In this document: piece by piece, positions 24,101-39,100 of the stretch | Position numbering within the stretch: position 1 is the stretch's first letter | Layout: the number at the start of each line of letters is the position of its first letter | Assembly (NCBI RefSeq): GCF_963921235.1 | Contig: NC_086097.1 | Coordinates: 46,688,001 to 46,752,000, forward strand | Direction: 5' to 3' | DNA length: 64,000 bases | Origin: Mobula hypostoma | Lineage: Eukaryota | Position numbers and translations under genes: made by a program | The notes under the pieces: model-generated | Seen by the model: the letters and a program-made list of their open reading frames with translations, nothing else | Database searches by the model: none | Told to the model about the DNA's origin: nothing

Positions 24101-27100
24101 CCACCATGGGCAATAGAAAAGTCACTGTTGCAAACAGTGTAGCGAGCAACACTGTTATTATTTTTGAGGTGGACTGTAAAGCCCGCCCACAGAGAAAACT
24201 GATAGGTCTACTCAACATGAAGAGAGACCAATTAGGATGCTCGCTCACGCTATCTCTCTCCCTCTCAAAAAATTGATTTGCGGGATATTATATATAATTT
24301 CCAGGCATCAGGGAGCCACTATCAATATGAGGGAGACTCCTGGAACTTCTGGGAGAGGTGGGATGTCTGCTCCAAGTGAGGCCTCACCGGTACTTTATAA
24401 AATCTCCTTATAAAGTTTGGCCCATATCCCTTTGGTAGGAGGGAAAGGGAGGCAGAAACCTCATATGCAGAATAGTTAAGATTAACATTTGATTCAAGGA
24501 AATGTTTAGAAGGTAGCATCAAATATATTACAGCAAGATCTTTAAAAATACAAGTTAATCTAACAGAGTAACCAGTTAACTGAAGTTGTGTGCTGTGGAT
24601 GAAGAGAAACTGGTAGATGTACCATACTTGGGTTTTCAAAGTCATTTTATAAGTTATCACATCAAAGATTATTGCATAGTATTAAAGCACATCGCGTAGG
24701 AAGCACAATATCGGTGTGGATAGGAGATGGACTGGCTCACATGAAACTGGGAGGTAGGCAAAAATGCATCTTTTTCTGGTTGAGAAGCCTGGTGTACTAG
24801 AGAGATCAGTGTTGAAGCTTCAACATTTTACAATTATTATAAATGACTTGGCTCTGAGATGCCTGTCTATGTGTATCAAAGTATATGATTTGCAAAAAGC
24901 TAGTATGCCTCTGTAGCAAGTAATTAAGAAAGTTCGCAGAATGTTATTATTTGCTCCTGGGAAAACCAATAGAGAAGTAAGGTACTGTGCAAAATATTAG
25001 TCTCAATATTTAAGGAGGGAAGATAATGCAGTTCTGAGAAGGAGTATTAGACTAGTATCTGGTTGTCTTGAGGAAAGGGTGAGAGTTATGCTTGTGTCTA
25101 TGAAGAATCAGAGGGGACTAGATTGAATCATCAAGTTCCTGAGGATTGTTGACAGGCTGGGTGTATAAAGGTTGTTGCTTCTTCCGGGAAAATCTCAGCC
25201 ATGATCTTTTTAAAAGGTGGGGTGGGCTTATTGGGCCCAATGGTCTTTCCATGGCTCTAATTCATATGTTTGCATGACTCAAATTAGGTTAATTCAACGG
25301 ACAAGAATTTAAGCTTGTTACATACTATCCCTAGCTCGAAGTACCCCAGAAACCTTCATCAAGTTTGGAAGCTTCTCTAGTTGGTCCAAGCTATAATTAT
25401 TGCTCTCCAATCTCTCTCTCACTAAAACATTAATTTTGTGTATCTATGTTGTAATCTTTCATGTGCATATTTGAAAACATAAGAGTCTAGAAATTCTTTT
25501 GCCCTTAAACTTGTTTAATTCTAGGTCAAAATACTCTGAAACCCACTGGAATGAATAAAGAAAAGTTACGTTAATCATTTTAAATGTAATGCTTTCAAAC
25601 AACTTACGATTAATCCTTTGAATTATTTTGCAGTAATGGAAATAAACCAGTTAATAACAAAAAAAATGTTACTGGATGCAAATGAAAATATAAATAAAAT
25701 GGAAAAAGAATTGATAAACGAAGGAAAACCAACAGAACATGAAGAGTACCATCAGCAATATATGGTTAAAGTTCGAGATCTCAACCTGCTGTGTGATGCA
25801 CTTATTGGGCAAATGATGTCCATAGTTGCCAATTCCCTCACTATTGCTAAAGAAAATGGTAACTATTTGTGCTGGACAATGAAAGTTGTTGAAATGGAAG
25901 AAGCAGCAGACAAAGAGTGGCAAGAACAAAAGAATCTTTCTGATATTAAGTGTTTCAGAAGGCCTCGAAAGTGGCGAGGACAGTGGAGAGAGACAGTTAC
26001 CAAAAGTGTAAAAGACAGGATAGATAATGTGCCTTTACTTACAAAGAAGAAGGGTTCCTGCATGGCACAGCATTTATCAGACATTCAAGAAATTATTGTT
26101 GAAGACCTGAAAACTGTTAAGAACTTTATACAAAAATGTTATCCAGAAAGTTACAATATTCTTAGCATGTACGTGAAATGCTATCACCAAACTGTAGCTT
26201 CTCATTTGGAAAGCATCCTACAGAAACAACTTGAAGCAAGTGATCTGTATTCACTACTCAACTGGATTATTCACACCTACAAAAGGTAGAGTACCTTCTA
26301 ATTTGCTTTCTTGAGATGTAAAAGGAAATTTCCAATCAGTAGGAAAAGGACACTTATCACTCCTGACCCTGAAAAAGGCTCCACTGACTGGGAAGGGAAA
26401 CCAACACCAAAATCTTCCAATCAATATGGTGAGAACTTCCCCATTTCTGACATCCAATTGCATAGGTCATCAATTTCAGGAGATCCCTGCTGTCCAGCTA
26501 TACTGCCACCAAACTGACTAATTAGCCAATCACATTAAATAATCCTCACAGCCAAGAATCCAGGTGATATCTTACCTAACGTTTAAATCATGGCAGAGGT
26601 TGCCAAATAATTATTTTCAAATACACGTGATTATTAATGTATTATAAATAAGGTTTTTATTATAATCATCCATGTTTTTTTTAAATACACATGTAAGGAA
26701 ATTGCAATGTGCATATGTTATTCGTTTATTGGACTTGATAATTAGTAAAGCAGTAGTTGTGGTTTAGTGTGCCATTAAAATCTCACCCTGAAATTTCTCT
26801 TGGATTAATAGCCTGTAATAAGCTTAGATTCCTATCAGTGTAATGGCTGCAAACATTGCAATCCCCATTGCATCACTCAGAGCATCTTCAGGATTTGCAA
26901 TGTTAAGTCACATGTATGCCAAATCCCAAAGTTACTGCCCACTGCCCCAAGTATAATGGAAGAACAAAAGGTAGGTTCATGGCCTTTTATTACTATGAAT
27001 TCCAAGCCCTGGTATCTGTGAAACATTGCTTTCATCTTTTCTCTAACATTTGTTGCCATACAGTATCAATTCAAAGGATCACCAACTCCCTTCAAACTGC

Positions 27101-30100
27101 CTTCACAGCTAGATATGTCGAATAATCATCATAATTGTCATAAATTGAAATATGTCTCTAAGGGAATTATACTCCACATAAAATACTTCAGGTCATAAAA
27201 TTAGCAAAATAAGCAATTGTGGCTTAGAATTTTTTTAATTCATCTCACTAGAGAATAATATTTTCAGAAGCTTTATAGTGAGAGTAGTTCAAATAGTCAT
27301 AGTCATAGTCATACTTTACTGATCCCGGGGGAAAATTGGTTTTCATTACAGTTGTACCATAAATAATTAAGTAGTAATAAAACGATAAATAGTTAAATAG
27401 TAATATGTAAATTATGCCAGGAAATAAGTCCAGGACCAGCCTATTGGCTCAGGGTGTCTGACCCTCCAAGGGAGGAGTTGTAAAGTTTGATGGCCACAGG
27501 CGGGAATGACTTCCTATGACGCTCTGTGTTGCATCTCAGTGGAATGAGTCTCTGGCTGAATGTACTCCTGTGCCCACCCAGTACATTATGTAGTGGATGG
27601 GAGACATTGTCCAAGATGGCATGCAACTTAGACAGCATCCTCTTTTCAGACACCACCGTCAGAGAGTCCAGTTCCATCCCCACAACATCACTGGCCTTAC
27701 GAATAAGTTTGTTGATTCTGTTGGTATCTGCTACCCTCAGCCTGCTGCCCCAGCACACAACAGCAAACATGATTGCACTGACAACCACAGACTCGTAGAA
27801 CATCCTCAGTATCATCCAGCAGATGTTAAAGGACCTCAGTCTCCTCAGGAAGTAGAGACGGCTCAAATATCTATGAAAAGTGTCATTTCTTTGATCGCTG
27901 GTGGGAGGCTTCTGTACTTCCTTTCTGATGGTAGCAATGAGAAGACATGCCCTAGTCTCATTGATACCATCAGGAGGAAGGTGAGGAAGCCTGAAGGCAC
28001 ACACTCAAAGATTGAGGAATATCTTCTTCCCCTCTGCCATCCGATTTCTGAATGGACATTGAACTCGTGATCGCTACCTCACTACATTTTATTTCTATTT
28101 TTGGCACTACTTATTTAATTTAATTTAATTCCATTTTTTTAAATCTCTCTAATATTATGTATTGCATTGTACTGCTGCTGCAAAGTTAACAAATTTCACA
28201 ACGTATGCTGGCGATATTAAACCTGATTCTGATCAGTGGAGGAATAGGGAATTAGCTTCAGAATGTCAGTACTTACATTGCATTTGCTTGCTCAATAAGT
28301 CCCACAGTCTACTGACAGTGAAAGAAAAGAACTTGATAGGGCCACGTGTGATATCATAATATTTCACAATAATAATTTACCTTTGAGATATTACTGTTAT
28401 GGGGAAGCTGACAACCAGCATGCACACAGCACACTCTAGTGAGCATTTTCTGAACAAGCTGCATGGGTGAAGCACACTGTATATAATTCCTGAACTGTTA
28501 TATTTAATGTTGTAAAGGGATAATTTGCATGAGAGTATATGGGGTGTAGGTTTAATGCTTCATCTAATAGATAATAGATATCTTTGCCGGTGCTATACTG
28601 AAGTGGCAGTCTTGAGCTTTTTTGTGCTTGAGCTCTAGAGGGCAACATAATCCTATAACATTTGGGCTTTGAAGAGTACAGGGCCCCTCTGGTAACACTG
28701 TCACCCAATAAACTGGAAGTGTGTTGAGGCATTTGATTATGTTCTCAGCAAACAATCAATTACACAATGAAGTGAAATAACTCAAAGGAATCAAATTCCT
28801 GAATGAAAACACAGCAATATTTCCCACTAAAAACTTGATAATTTTACCAGGAAAGTGTGATTAAGAAGATAGTTATCTAAGTATTTTGTCCTTAATACGG
28901 CAGTAAGCTTGATGAAATAATTCTACTCTCAACCATCTTCCCTTTGGTTGGAAATATTATTGCAGCCTGCTGTGGCTCAGATTATTTATTATAACAAAAT
29001 TACAACTGTTAGTTTACAAAATCAAAATACTACAGATGTTGGAAACCCGAAATAAAAACCTTGAACTCTGGGAATACTCAGGTTGGATAATATTTGTAGA
29101 GAGCATCAGTCTTAATATTTACAGTTGTTCTTTCATCATAACAGGTATCAGGCAGAAAACCACAGGGGAAGTAAAGAACACTTGCATAATCTAATATTTA
29201 AATGATTTGTCCCTTGGGTCTCATTGCAAAAAAGATAAACTTGCATCCTTGCAGGTTCAATAAGTAAACTTCAGGATAAAATGGCTATTGGTTTATCTTC
29301 CAAGTAGCTGTTAAGTGTACAAAAATACATTTTTTTTCAATTTTTGTTCTTCTGAGATGATCACATCTATCTATCTCTTTCCTTTTTACTTTGCCATACA
29401 CAACTCTGTGTCATCAAAACTAATTTCAGACTCTGTACACCTAATGCAAAAGTACGCACTATTCACATAAAATAAAGCTAGTATCTTCTCTGGTATATGC
29501 AGAAGAATACTTTTCTTTACAATAAATCCATCCCAAAATTGTACTTTTCCAAATCTATTATTGTTATGGTTTTTATGTAACAAATCTACAGCTTATTTTA
29601 CAAAATCAAAATACTGCAATGCTGGAAACCTAAAGTAATTCCAAAAATAGTCAGGTCAGATAGTGAGAAGAAACTGAGCAAGATTGGTAATTATGCCGTT
29701 AATTGCGAAAATTAAATGCTTAAAGTATCCCACTTTACTTGTAGTGATGCTGTTATGAACCATCCTGAGCTTTCACCAGAAGTGAACATCGAGGGACTTG
29801 GTCCATTGTTAGATGAAAAAATTATAAAGAATATCATGGACAAATATATTGAAGCTTTGAAGGTATGAATGAAATGATAAGTACCTTTCAAGTGATCTTA
29901 TCGGACAACAGACTAAGAAAAGAAATCAATGTATAGAAAAAGACTTTAATACAAGTTTAGATAAGATCCTCTCCTGTTCAGCGTAACGATGTCTGCTTCT
30001 TGGGTGCAATTTTTTTCACAGCTAGATTATTTGTTCTAAGACCTGATTCTTCATTGACAGGTCATTAAAATTTCCTGTCAGAGAGCTGTTCTGGAACTGG

Positions 30101-33100
30101 AACAGAGTTTGCTAGATCAATCAATAACTCACAGAAAAATAGTTTGATCACACTGTCCTGATTTGGATAACACCATTTTTTTAAAGAAAGACTTTTAAAA
30201 GGATTGAAAAATCTTTTAGTGTTTTGAAGAGGCAATCTATCGCCAGTGCAGTCCCATTTTGCCTCCATTAGGTATTAATTAATCCAAGAATCTGTTGCTC
30301 TAATGCTCTCTGAAGAGTTTGCCTCATGGCAATTTATGAAATTAGCAAAACACATAATTAGATTCTGGAGCTCCTTAATGGAGCAAATAATATATTTATA
30401 TTATAATAGTGAGTACGAATAGCCTTAATACGTTCTAACATTCTTTCAACCAATTAAGAATATTTATAAGTTGTAATTTTTGGAACCAGAATATCAGCCA
30501 ATTGACCAAAATGAATATACAGTAATAACAAGTAATGAATACTTCTAATATTTGCACATACACTGCATTGGATGTTTGAAGTGTTCTGAACATATCATAA
30601 TGATTCACATTAATGTCACTGGAGAAGAGGAGAAAGAAACATGACCATAATGTCAGAGCCAGACTGTTCTACAAAGAAGTCAAGAGATATTAATATTGAA
30701 TTCAGGAATTGCTGGCTTAATTCATATTTTCAAAATCAAAGTTCAACAAATATTTTATTATCCAAACAAAAAGGTGACAAGTATGGTGGCTGGGATTCTG
30801 GTATTAATGAATTATAACGTTGTCAAAAAATGCATTGCAGAGGCTACCAAAAATTCACATTTGCCAACCACTTCAACCCCTTGTTCTGGATTTAATCTAA
30901 CATTTTCATTAAAAACTTGAGTCTAACATTTTCATTAAAAACTTGAGTCTCCTTCTTCAGGATAAAAACTTTCTCTTTTGAAAAATGTATTCAGTTTCTT
31001 TAATTCTCAAGTGCTGTAGTCCTGGGATATTCCAGAGAAAGCCATGCGATATGCATATGTGAAAACAGTGAGATGTACAAATGCAGGCTCTCTAATGTCA
31101 TTAGTACCTCATCCATTTCAACATCTAGTTTTAATCAAATAAATATGAAAATAAATCTGGCATTCCTGGAAGTTTAGCGTAAAATAAGTCCAAGCTTTTC
31201 AAAATAACTTCTATCCCACTTGAATTCCAGTTAACAGTTCCACAGTGGATGAAGAATGCAGTGAAGGCAGATGAAGCAAAATGGTCTGAACCTGAGGCAT
31301 ATGTACCAGAAATAATGATGGGTTGTTATCAATCGCATATTGCCTCTGATATAAGTCAGGTAAGTGTCTCAATATTCTGACTGTTTCAGTATACCGGAAC
31401 ACAAATAGGCTCATCTAACATATTCAGCTATTCACTGACCTATGAATTTGACCTGTTTCTGTCCTTGTGTCTTAACCCTTTGCAAGCAAACAAATGTATT
31501 TCCAATTTTAAACTGAACATTAACTGAGCTTAAAGTTATTACTATTTATGAGAGAGAGTTGTAGAGAAGTGGTATTTCAGCTGAAGGATTAAACTGGAAT
31601 TCTTTTTGTCAAAGCAAAGATAAATGAAGAGAGGATTTGACTGTAGTACGCCAAATGCTGACTATTTTAGATGTTACGAACAGAGAAAGTATGATTAATT
31701 CCTTCAAAACATTTTCTTCACCATCTTCCCTAAATAATTATTGTTCCAGTATAAATGAGGGTAGGAGCTACTGGAAGGTATCCTGGCTATGAATACCACA
31801 TTGAGAGGTAATTTTTCCCTGTTGCTAGTCTGTCAAATTTCAACTTCTGTGGAACTTTGCAGACTTTTTTAATGTTGATTAATTTTGAGGAGAATGTCTA
31901 GGCAAGACAAGACAGGACATCAGAAGAGGCACAGCAGGTTCGAACCTATCCTCTACCACTCTTTCAGAAAATTCCCACATTGTGTAAAAATTTCCTCAGC
32001 CTTGAAAGGTCAAAGAAATATTGAAAACATTTGTAAATCTTGGAATCTCCAAGCTATTCTGACATTTCACAGTATCTAAATATTCAATCCGTAATCCCTT
32101 GCAGAATTCTGTCTTTAGAATCCAAGACTACAAAGTGTTGCCTGGAGTAGCAAAGGGATCACACCCCAATCCCCAATCTAAAGGCATCGTTTCTTCTGTT
32201 AAATAATGGAAAAGCTGGAGCCTTGACAATCATCGTTAACTCCATATTTTTGCATTATCTCTGGTTAGAGCTTAAAATGACCCAGGGCAACTTGGCAAAT
32301 TGGATGTGAATTTTGCTTGTCAAAGAGTGACACTCCAAGCTGTTTTGTGGTTGACCTGTAGTATTACTGCAGGGACCCTCGCTGTTTGTAGTATTCATTA
32401 ATGATATGGATGTGAATGTCTTTGGTAAGGTGACACAAAACTGATGGCATTGTGGAGATTGAGAAAAGTATTCTTCAGCTACAGAACAATATTAATGATT
32501 TGGTAAGATGGACAGAGCAACAACAGATGAAAGTTATTCCTGAAAAACGTGAGATGATGCACTTTGGGAGAACTAATGAGGCTGTACACAGTGAATGAAG
32601 GACACAAAGAAGTTCTGAGGAACAGAGAGATTATAATGCCATAACATAGAAGAGTGGAATTAGGCCATTTGGCCCATCGAATCTGCTTGTCCATTTCATC
32701 ATTGCTGATCCATTTTTTTTCTCAGCTCCAATATCCTGCCTCCCCCCACCTCGTATCCCTTCATGCCCTGACAAATCAAGAATCTATCAACCTCTGCCTT
32801 AAGTATATATACAGTCTTGGCCTCCACAGCTGCCTGTGGCAAAGCATTCCACGGATTCACCACTCTCTGGCTAAAAAAATTTTCCTCATCTCCATTCTAA
32901 AAGGACATCCCTCTATTCTGAGGCGGTGTCCACAGATCTGAGACTCAATCACCATAGGAAACATCCTCTCCATATGCATTCTATCGAGGTCTTTCATCAT
33001 TTGATAAGTTCCAATGAAGTCGCCCCTCATTCTTCTGAATTCTAGTGAATACAGGCCTAGAGCCATCAAATGCTCTTCATATGAAAAGCCATTCAATCCT

Positions 33101-36100
33101 GGGATCATTATCATGAACATTCTTTGAACCCTCTCCAGTTTCAACACATCCTTTCTAAGAAAAGGGGCCCAAAGCTGCTCTTAATACTCCAAGTGAGACC
33201 TCATCAGTGCTTTATAAAGTATCAATATTACATCCTTGCTGTTATATTTAAGTCTTCTTGAAAAGAATGCTAGCATTGTATTTACCTTCCTCACCACAGA
33301 CTCAACCTGCAACTTGACCTTTAGGGAATCCTGCACAAGGGCTCATAAGTCCCTTTGCACTTCAGTGTTTTGTATTTTCTCTCCATTCAGAAAATAGTCA
33401 ACATTTTCATTTCTTCTACCAAAATACATCACCATACACCTCCTGACACTGTATTCCATCTGCCACTTCTTTGCCCATTCTCCTAATCTGTCTAAGTTCT
33501 TCTGTAGCCTCCCTATTTCCTCAAAGCTACCTACCCCTCCACCTATCTTCATATTGTCTGCAAACTTTGCAACAAAGCCATCAATTCCATCATCTAAATC
33601 ACGATATACAGTATAATGTAAAAAGAACCTGTCCCAACACAGACCCCTGTGGAACATCACTAGTCACTGGCAGCCAACCAGAAAAAGCTCCCTTTATTCC
33701 CACTCTTCGCCTCCTGCTAATCAGCCACTGCTTTATCCATGCTAGAATATCTTCTGGAATACCATGAGTTCATAGCTTGTTAAGTAGCCTCATGTGTGGC
33801 AGCTTGTCAAAGGCCTTCTGAAAATCCAAGCACACAACATCAACTAATTCTCCATTGCCAATGCTGCTTGTTAATTCTTCAAAAAACTCCAACAGATTTG
33901 TCAGGCAATATTTTCCTTTGAGGGAACCATGCTGACTGTGGCCTAAGTTTATCATGTGCCTCCAAGTACACCGAGACCTCTTCCTTAATACTCGATTCCA
34001 ACATTTTCTCAACCACTGACATCAGACTAACTGACCTATAATTTCCTTTCTTTTGCCTCTTTCCCTTCTCGAAGAGTAGAGTGACAGTTGCAATTTTCCT
34101 GTCTTCTGGAACCATTCCAAAATTGAGTGATTCTTGAAAGATCATTACCAATGCCTCCACACCCACTTTAACCACCTCTTTCAGAACCCTGCAGTAATTA
34201 CCATGTGGTCGAGGTGACTCATCTGGAAAGTCATGCCATATCTAATCTGTTCAAGCTTTTTAACATTCAGAATGTTTCTATGAGATCCCCCCCACATTCT
34301 CCTGAACTCCAGGGAATACAGCCCAAGAGCTGCCAGATGTTCCTCATACAGTAACCCTTTCATTCCTGGAATTATTCTTGTGAATCTTCTCTGAACCCAC
34401 TCCAATATCAGTATATCCTTTCTAAAATAAGGAGCCCAAAACTGCACACAATACTCCAAGTGTAGTCTCATGAGTGCCCTATAGAGCCTCAACATCACAT
34501 CCCTGTTGTATATATTCTATACCTCTAGAAATGAATGCCAACATTGCATTCACCTTCTGCACCACCAACTCAACCTGGAGGTTAACCTTTAGGATATCTT
34601 GCACAAGGACTCCCATGTCCCTTTGCATCTCTGCATTTTGAATTCTCTCCCCATATAAATAATAGTCTACCCTTTTATTTCTTCCAACAAAGTGCATGAT
34701 CATACACTTCCCAACATCGTATTTCATTTGCTACTTCATTACCCATTCCCCTAAACTATCTAAGTCTCTCTGTAGGCTCTCTGTTTCCTCAACACTACCC
34801 GCTCCTCTACCTGCCTTTGTATCATCGGCAAATTTAGCCACAAATCCCATAGTCCAAATCATTGACATACATAGTAAAAAGCAGTGGTCCCAACACTGAC
34901 CCCTGTGGAACTCCACTGGTAACCGGCAGCCAGCCAGAATAGGATCCCTTTATTCCCACCTTCTGTTTTCTGCTGATCAGCTAATGTTCTAACCATGCTT
35001 GTAACACCCCTGTAATTCCATGGGCTCTTACCTTACTAAGCATCCTCATGTGCGGCACCTTGTCAAAGGCCTTCTGAAAATCCAAGTGCACCACATCTAC
35101 TGCATCTCCTTTGTCTACCCTGCTTGTAATTTCCTCAAAAAATTGCAGTAGGTTAGTCAGGCAGGATTTTCCTTTCAGGAAACCATGCTGGCTTTGGCCT
35201 ATCTTGTCATGTCCCTCCATGTATTCCATAATCTCATCCCTAACAATTGATTCCAACAACTTCCAAACCACTAATGTCAGGCTAACAGGTCTATAGTTTC
35301 CTTTCTGCTGCCTCCCACCCTTCTTAAATAGCAGAATAACATTTGCAATTTTCCAGTCAATCCGGTACAATGCCAGAATCTATTGATTCTTGAAAGATCA
35401 TTGTTAATGCCTCCGCAATCTCTCCAGCTACTTCCTTCAGAACCTGAGGGTGCATTCCATCAGGTCCAGGAGATTTATCTACCCTCAGATCATTAAGCTT
35501 CCTGAGCACCTTCTCGGTTGTAATTTTCACTGCACAAACTTCACTTCCCTGACACTCTTGAATGTCCAGTATACTGCAGACGTCTTCCACTGTGAAGGCC
35601 GACGCAAAATACGCATTCAGTTCCTCTGCCATCTCTGCGTCTCTCATTACAATATCTCCAGTGTCATTTTCTATTGGTCCTAGATCTATCCTCAACCCTC
35701 TTTTACCCTTTATATACTTAAAAAAGCTTTTAGTATCTTCTTTGATATTAGTCGCCAGCTTCCTTTCATAATTCATCTTTTCCTTCCTAACGACCGTCTT
35801 GGTTTCCTTCTGCAAGTTTTTTAAATCTTCCCAATCCTCTATCTTCCCACATGCTTTGGCTTCCATGTATGCCCTTTCTTTTGTTTTTACTTTGGCTGAC
35901 TTCACTTGTCAGCCACAGTAGTGTCCTTCTTCCATTCGAAAATTTCTTCTTATTTGGAATATATCTGTCTTGCACTTCCCTCATTTTTCTCAGAATCTCC
36001 GGCCATTGCTGCTCTGCTGTCCTTCCTGCTAGTGTCCCTTTCCAGTCAACTTTGGCCTATTCCCATCTCATGCCATTGTAATTTCTTTTATTCCACTGAA

Positions 36101-39100
36101 ATACCGACACATTGGAATTTAGTTTCTCCTTCTCACATTTCAAAGTGAACTCTGTCATATTGTGATCACTGTTCCCTAGGGGTTCCTTAATCTTAAACTC
36201 TCTTATCACCTCCGGATCATTGCACAACTCCCAATCCAGCACAGCCGATCCCCTAGTGGGCTCAACAACAAGCTGTTCCAAAAGGCCATTCCTGAGGCAT
36301 TCTACAAATTCTCGCTCTTGAGGTCCAGTACTGTCCTGGTGTACTTAATCCACTTTCATTTTAAAACCCCAAAAGATTATCATGACATCTGACACACCTT
36401 TTCTATCTCCTGCTGTAATGTGTAATCCACATCCCGGCTGCTGTTTGGAGGCCTGTATACAACTGCCATTAGGGTCCTTTTACCCTTGGCATTTCTTAAC
36501 TCAACCCATAGAGACTCTACACCTTCCAATTCTATGTCATCCCTTTCTAATGATTTAGTATTTCTTATACACAGAGCCACACCATCCCCTCTGACAACTA
36601 ACCTATCTTTCTGATACACCGTATATCCTTGGACGTTCAGCTCCCAATGGCAGCCATCCTTTAGTCAAGTTTCAGAGATGGCCACAACGTCATACTTGCC
36701 AATCTGTAGCTGAATTTCAAGATCGTCCATTTTATGTCTTATGCTGCGTGCATTCAAATATAACACTTTCAGTCCCGTATTTGTTGCTTTTTGTTTTAAC
36801 TGCAACACACTTCTATTGCCCTGTAACTCATCCCACTGGCTGTGATTATTCCTCACCTCCTTCCTATCATCACTGTTGCACGCTATCTTTGATTTATTTC
36901 TGTTTTCCCCTTCCTCACCCCTATCACTCCGGTTCCCATCTCCCTGACAAATTGGTTTAAACCCTCCCTATCAGCTCTATTAAACCTGCCTGCTAGGATA
37001 TTGGACCCCTTTGGGTTCACGCGTAACTTGTCCTTTTTGTACAGGTCGTACCTCCCCCAGAAGATGCCCCAGTGATCCAGGAAACTGAAGCCCTGCCCCC
37101 TACACCAGTCTCTCATGCTATTCTTGCGCTTATTAGCACGTGGCACAGGCAGCAATCCTGAAATTACTACCTGGAGGTCCTGCTTTTCAGCTTCCTACCC
37201 AACTCCTTAAATTCTCTCTTCAGGACCTCCTCCATTTTTCTACCTATGTCATTGGTAACAAAGTGTACCGAGACTCCTGGCTGTTCACCCTCTCCCTTCA
37301 GAATACTCTGCACCTGATCTGAAACGTCTCGTACCCTGGCACCTGGGAAGCAACACACAATAAGGGTATCTCTATCAGACTGACAGAATCCCCTATGGCT
37401 ACCACATTCCTCATCTTCTTCTCTTCCTTCTGCACCATGGAACCAGGCAGAGTGCCAGAGACCCGATTGCTGTAGTCGTCCTCTGTCAGTTCACCCCCCC
37501 CCCAATAGCATCCAAAATGAAATAACGATTACTGAGGGGGATGGCCACGGGGGTGCTCTCTACTATCTGAGCTCTTCCCATCCCTTCCCTGACAGTCACC
37601 CACTTATCTAACAACTGCAGCCTCAGGATGATTAACCCCCTGTAGTTTCTATCTATCTCCTGCTTATTTTCCCTAATAAAATGTAGGTCATCAAGCCGCA
37701 GCTCCAGATCCCTAACACGGTCTCTCAGAAGCTGCATCTCAGTGAACCTGGCGCAGGTGTGGCCAGCTGGGAGACTGGAAGATTCCCAGGATTCCCACAT
37801 CTAACACCCAGAGCAAAGTACTAACCCTGCAGACGTGCTCTTTAGTCCTCTTTTCAAAAAAAAAGGAAAGAAAAAAAATTAAGTCCACTCACTCTCTTAC
37901 CTCACCGAAGGCCGAATGAGCCAAAGCCCTGCCACACTGCTTCAGATCACTCCATCGATGACCACTCCGCTAGGCAGTGTCTCCCTTTTTATGCCTGAAC
38001 CTTCCCTGCCATCTAACTCATAATTGGTGCTCTGGTTCTAGCCGCTAATAGGCCACGTACAATGGACAAGCACTCTCAAAGTTCCCTTTTTAAATAACCG
38101 CTGCCGACCTGTGAGAAATCCTTCTTGGTAAAGCTCTGTAGACGCTGCTGATAGGCTGTGTACAATGGACAAACACTCTTGAAGTTCTCTTTTTAAATAA
38201 CCGCCACCGACCTGTGAGAAATCCCTCTTGGTTTCCCAAGAACCTTCTCCCTAGTTATGGTAACTTCACACACTTCATGACCCCTGACACTTGGAACTTC
38301 CCTCATACTGCTAGTGTCTTCCACAGTGAAGACATGCAAGATATTTATTCAGTTCATCTGCCATTTCCTTGTTTCCTCAATACTACCTCTCCAGTGTTGT
38401 TTTCCAGAGGTCCATTATCCACTATCTCCTCTTTTACCCTTTATGTATCTGAAGAAACTTTTGGTATCTTCTTTAATATTATTGGCTAGCTTACTTTCAT
38501 ATTCCATCTTATCCTTCTTAGTGACTTGTTTTACCTTCCTTCTGTTGGTAATTAAAAGCTTCCCAATCCTCGAACTTCCCACTACTTTTTGGCCTCTCTT
38601 TGGCTTTTATGTTGACTTTGATTACCACTGTTAGCCATGGTTGTATCATTTTGCCTTTAGAATACTTCTTCCTTCTTTGGGATGTATATATCCTGTGCCT
38701 TCCACATTGCTTGCAGAAATCTCAGCCATTGGTGCTCAGCTATCATCCCTGCTGGGGTTCTTTAACAATCAATTCTGGCCAACTCCTCTCTCATGCCTCT
38801 GTAATTCCCTTTACTCCGCTGTAATATTGATACATCTGATTTTGGCTTCTCCTTCTCAGATTTCAGGGTGAATTTGATCATATTATAATCACTTTCCCCA
38901 AAGGGATCTTTTACTTTAAGCTCTCTTATCAATTCTGCTTCATTGCACAACCAATGCAGAATAGTGGGCTCAACGACAAGCTGCTCTATAAAGCCATTTG
39001 TGGACATTCTAGAAATTCCCCCTCTTGAAATTCTGCATCAACCCGATTTTCCCAATCTACTTGCATATTGAAATCCCCCATGACTATTGTAACATTGCCC

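Noticed and set aside
26311..26517. 68-aa ORF just after exon B
   Set aside because: No convincing splice sites or homology; exon B splices in phase to exon C.
30896..30947. 26-bp tandem duplication (also 25 bp at 1281-1330 and about 103 bp at 38041-38232)
   Set aside because: Two-copy local duplications without spacers; not CRISPR-like and unremarkable.
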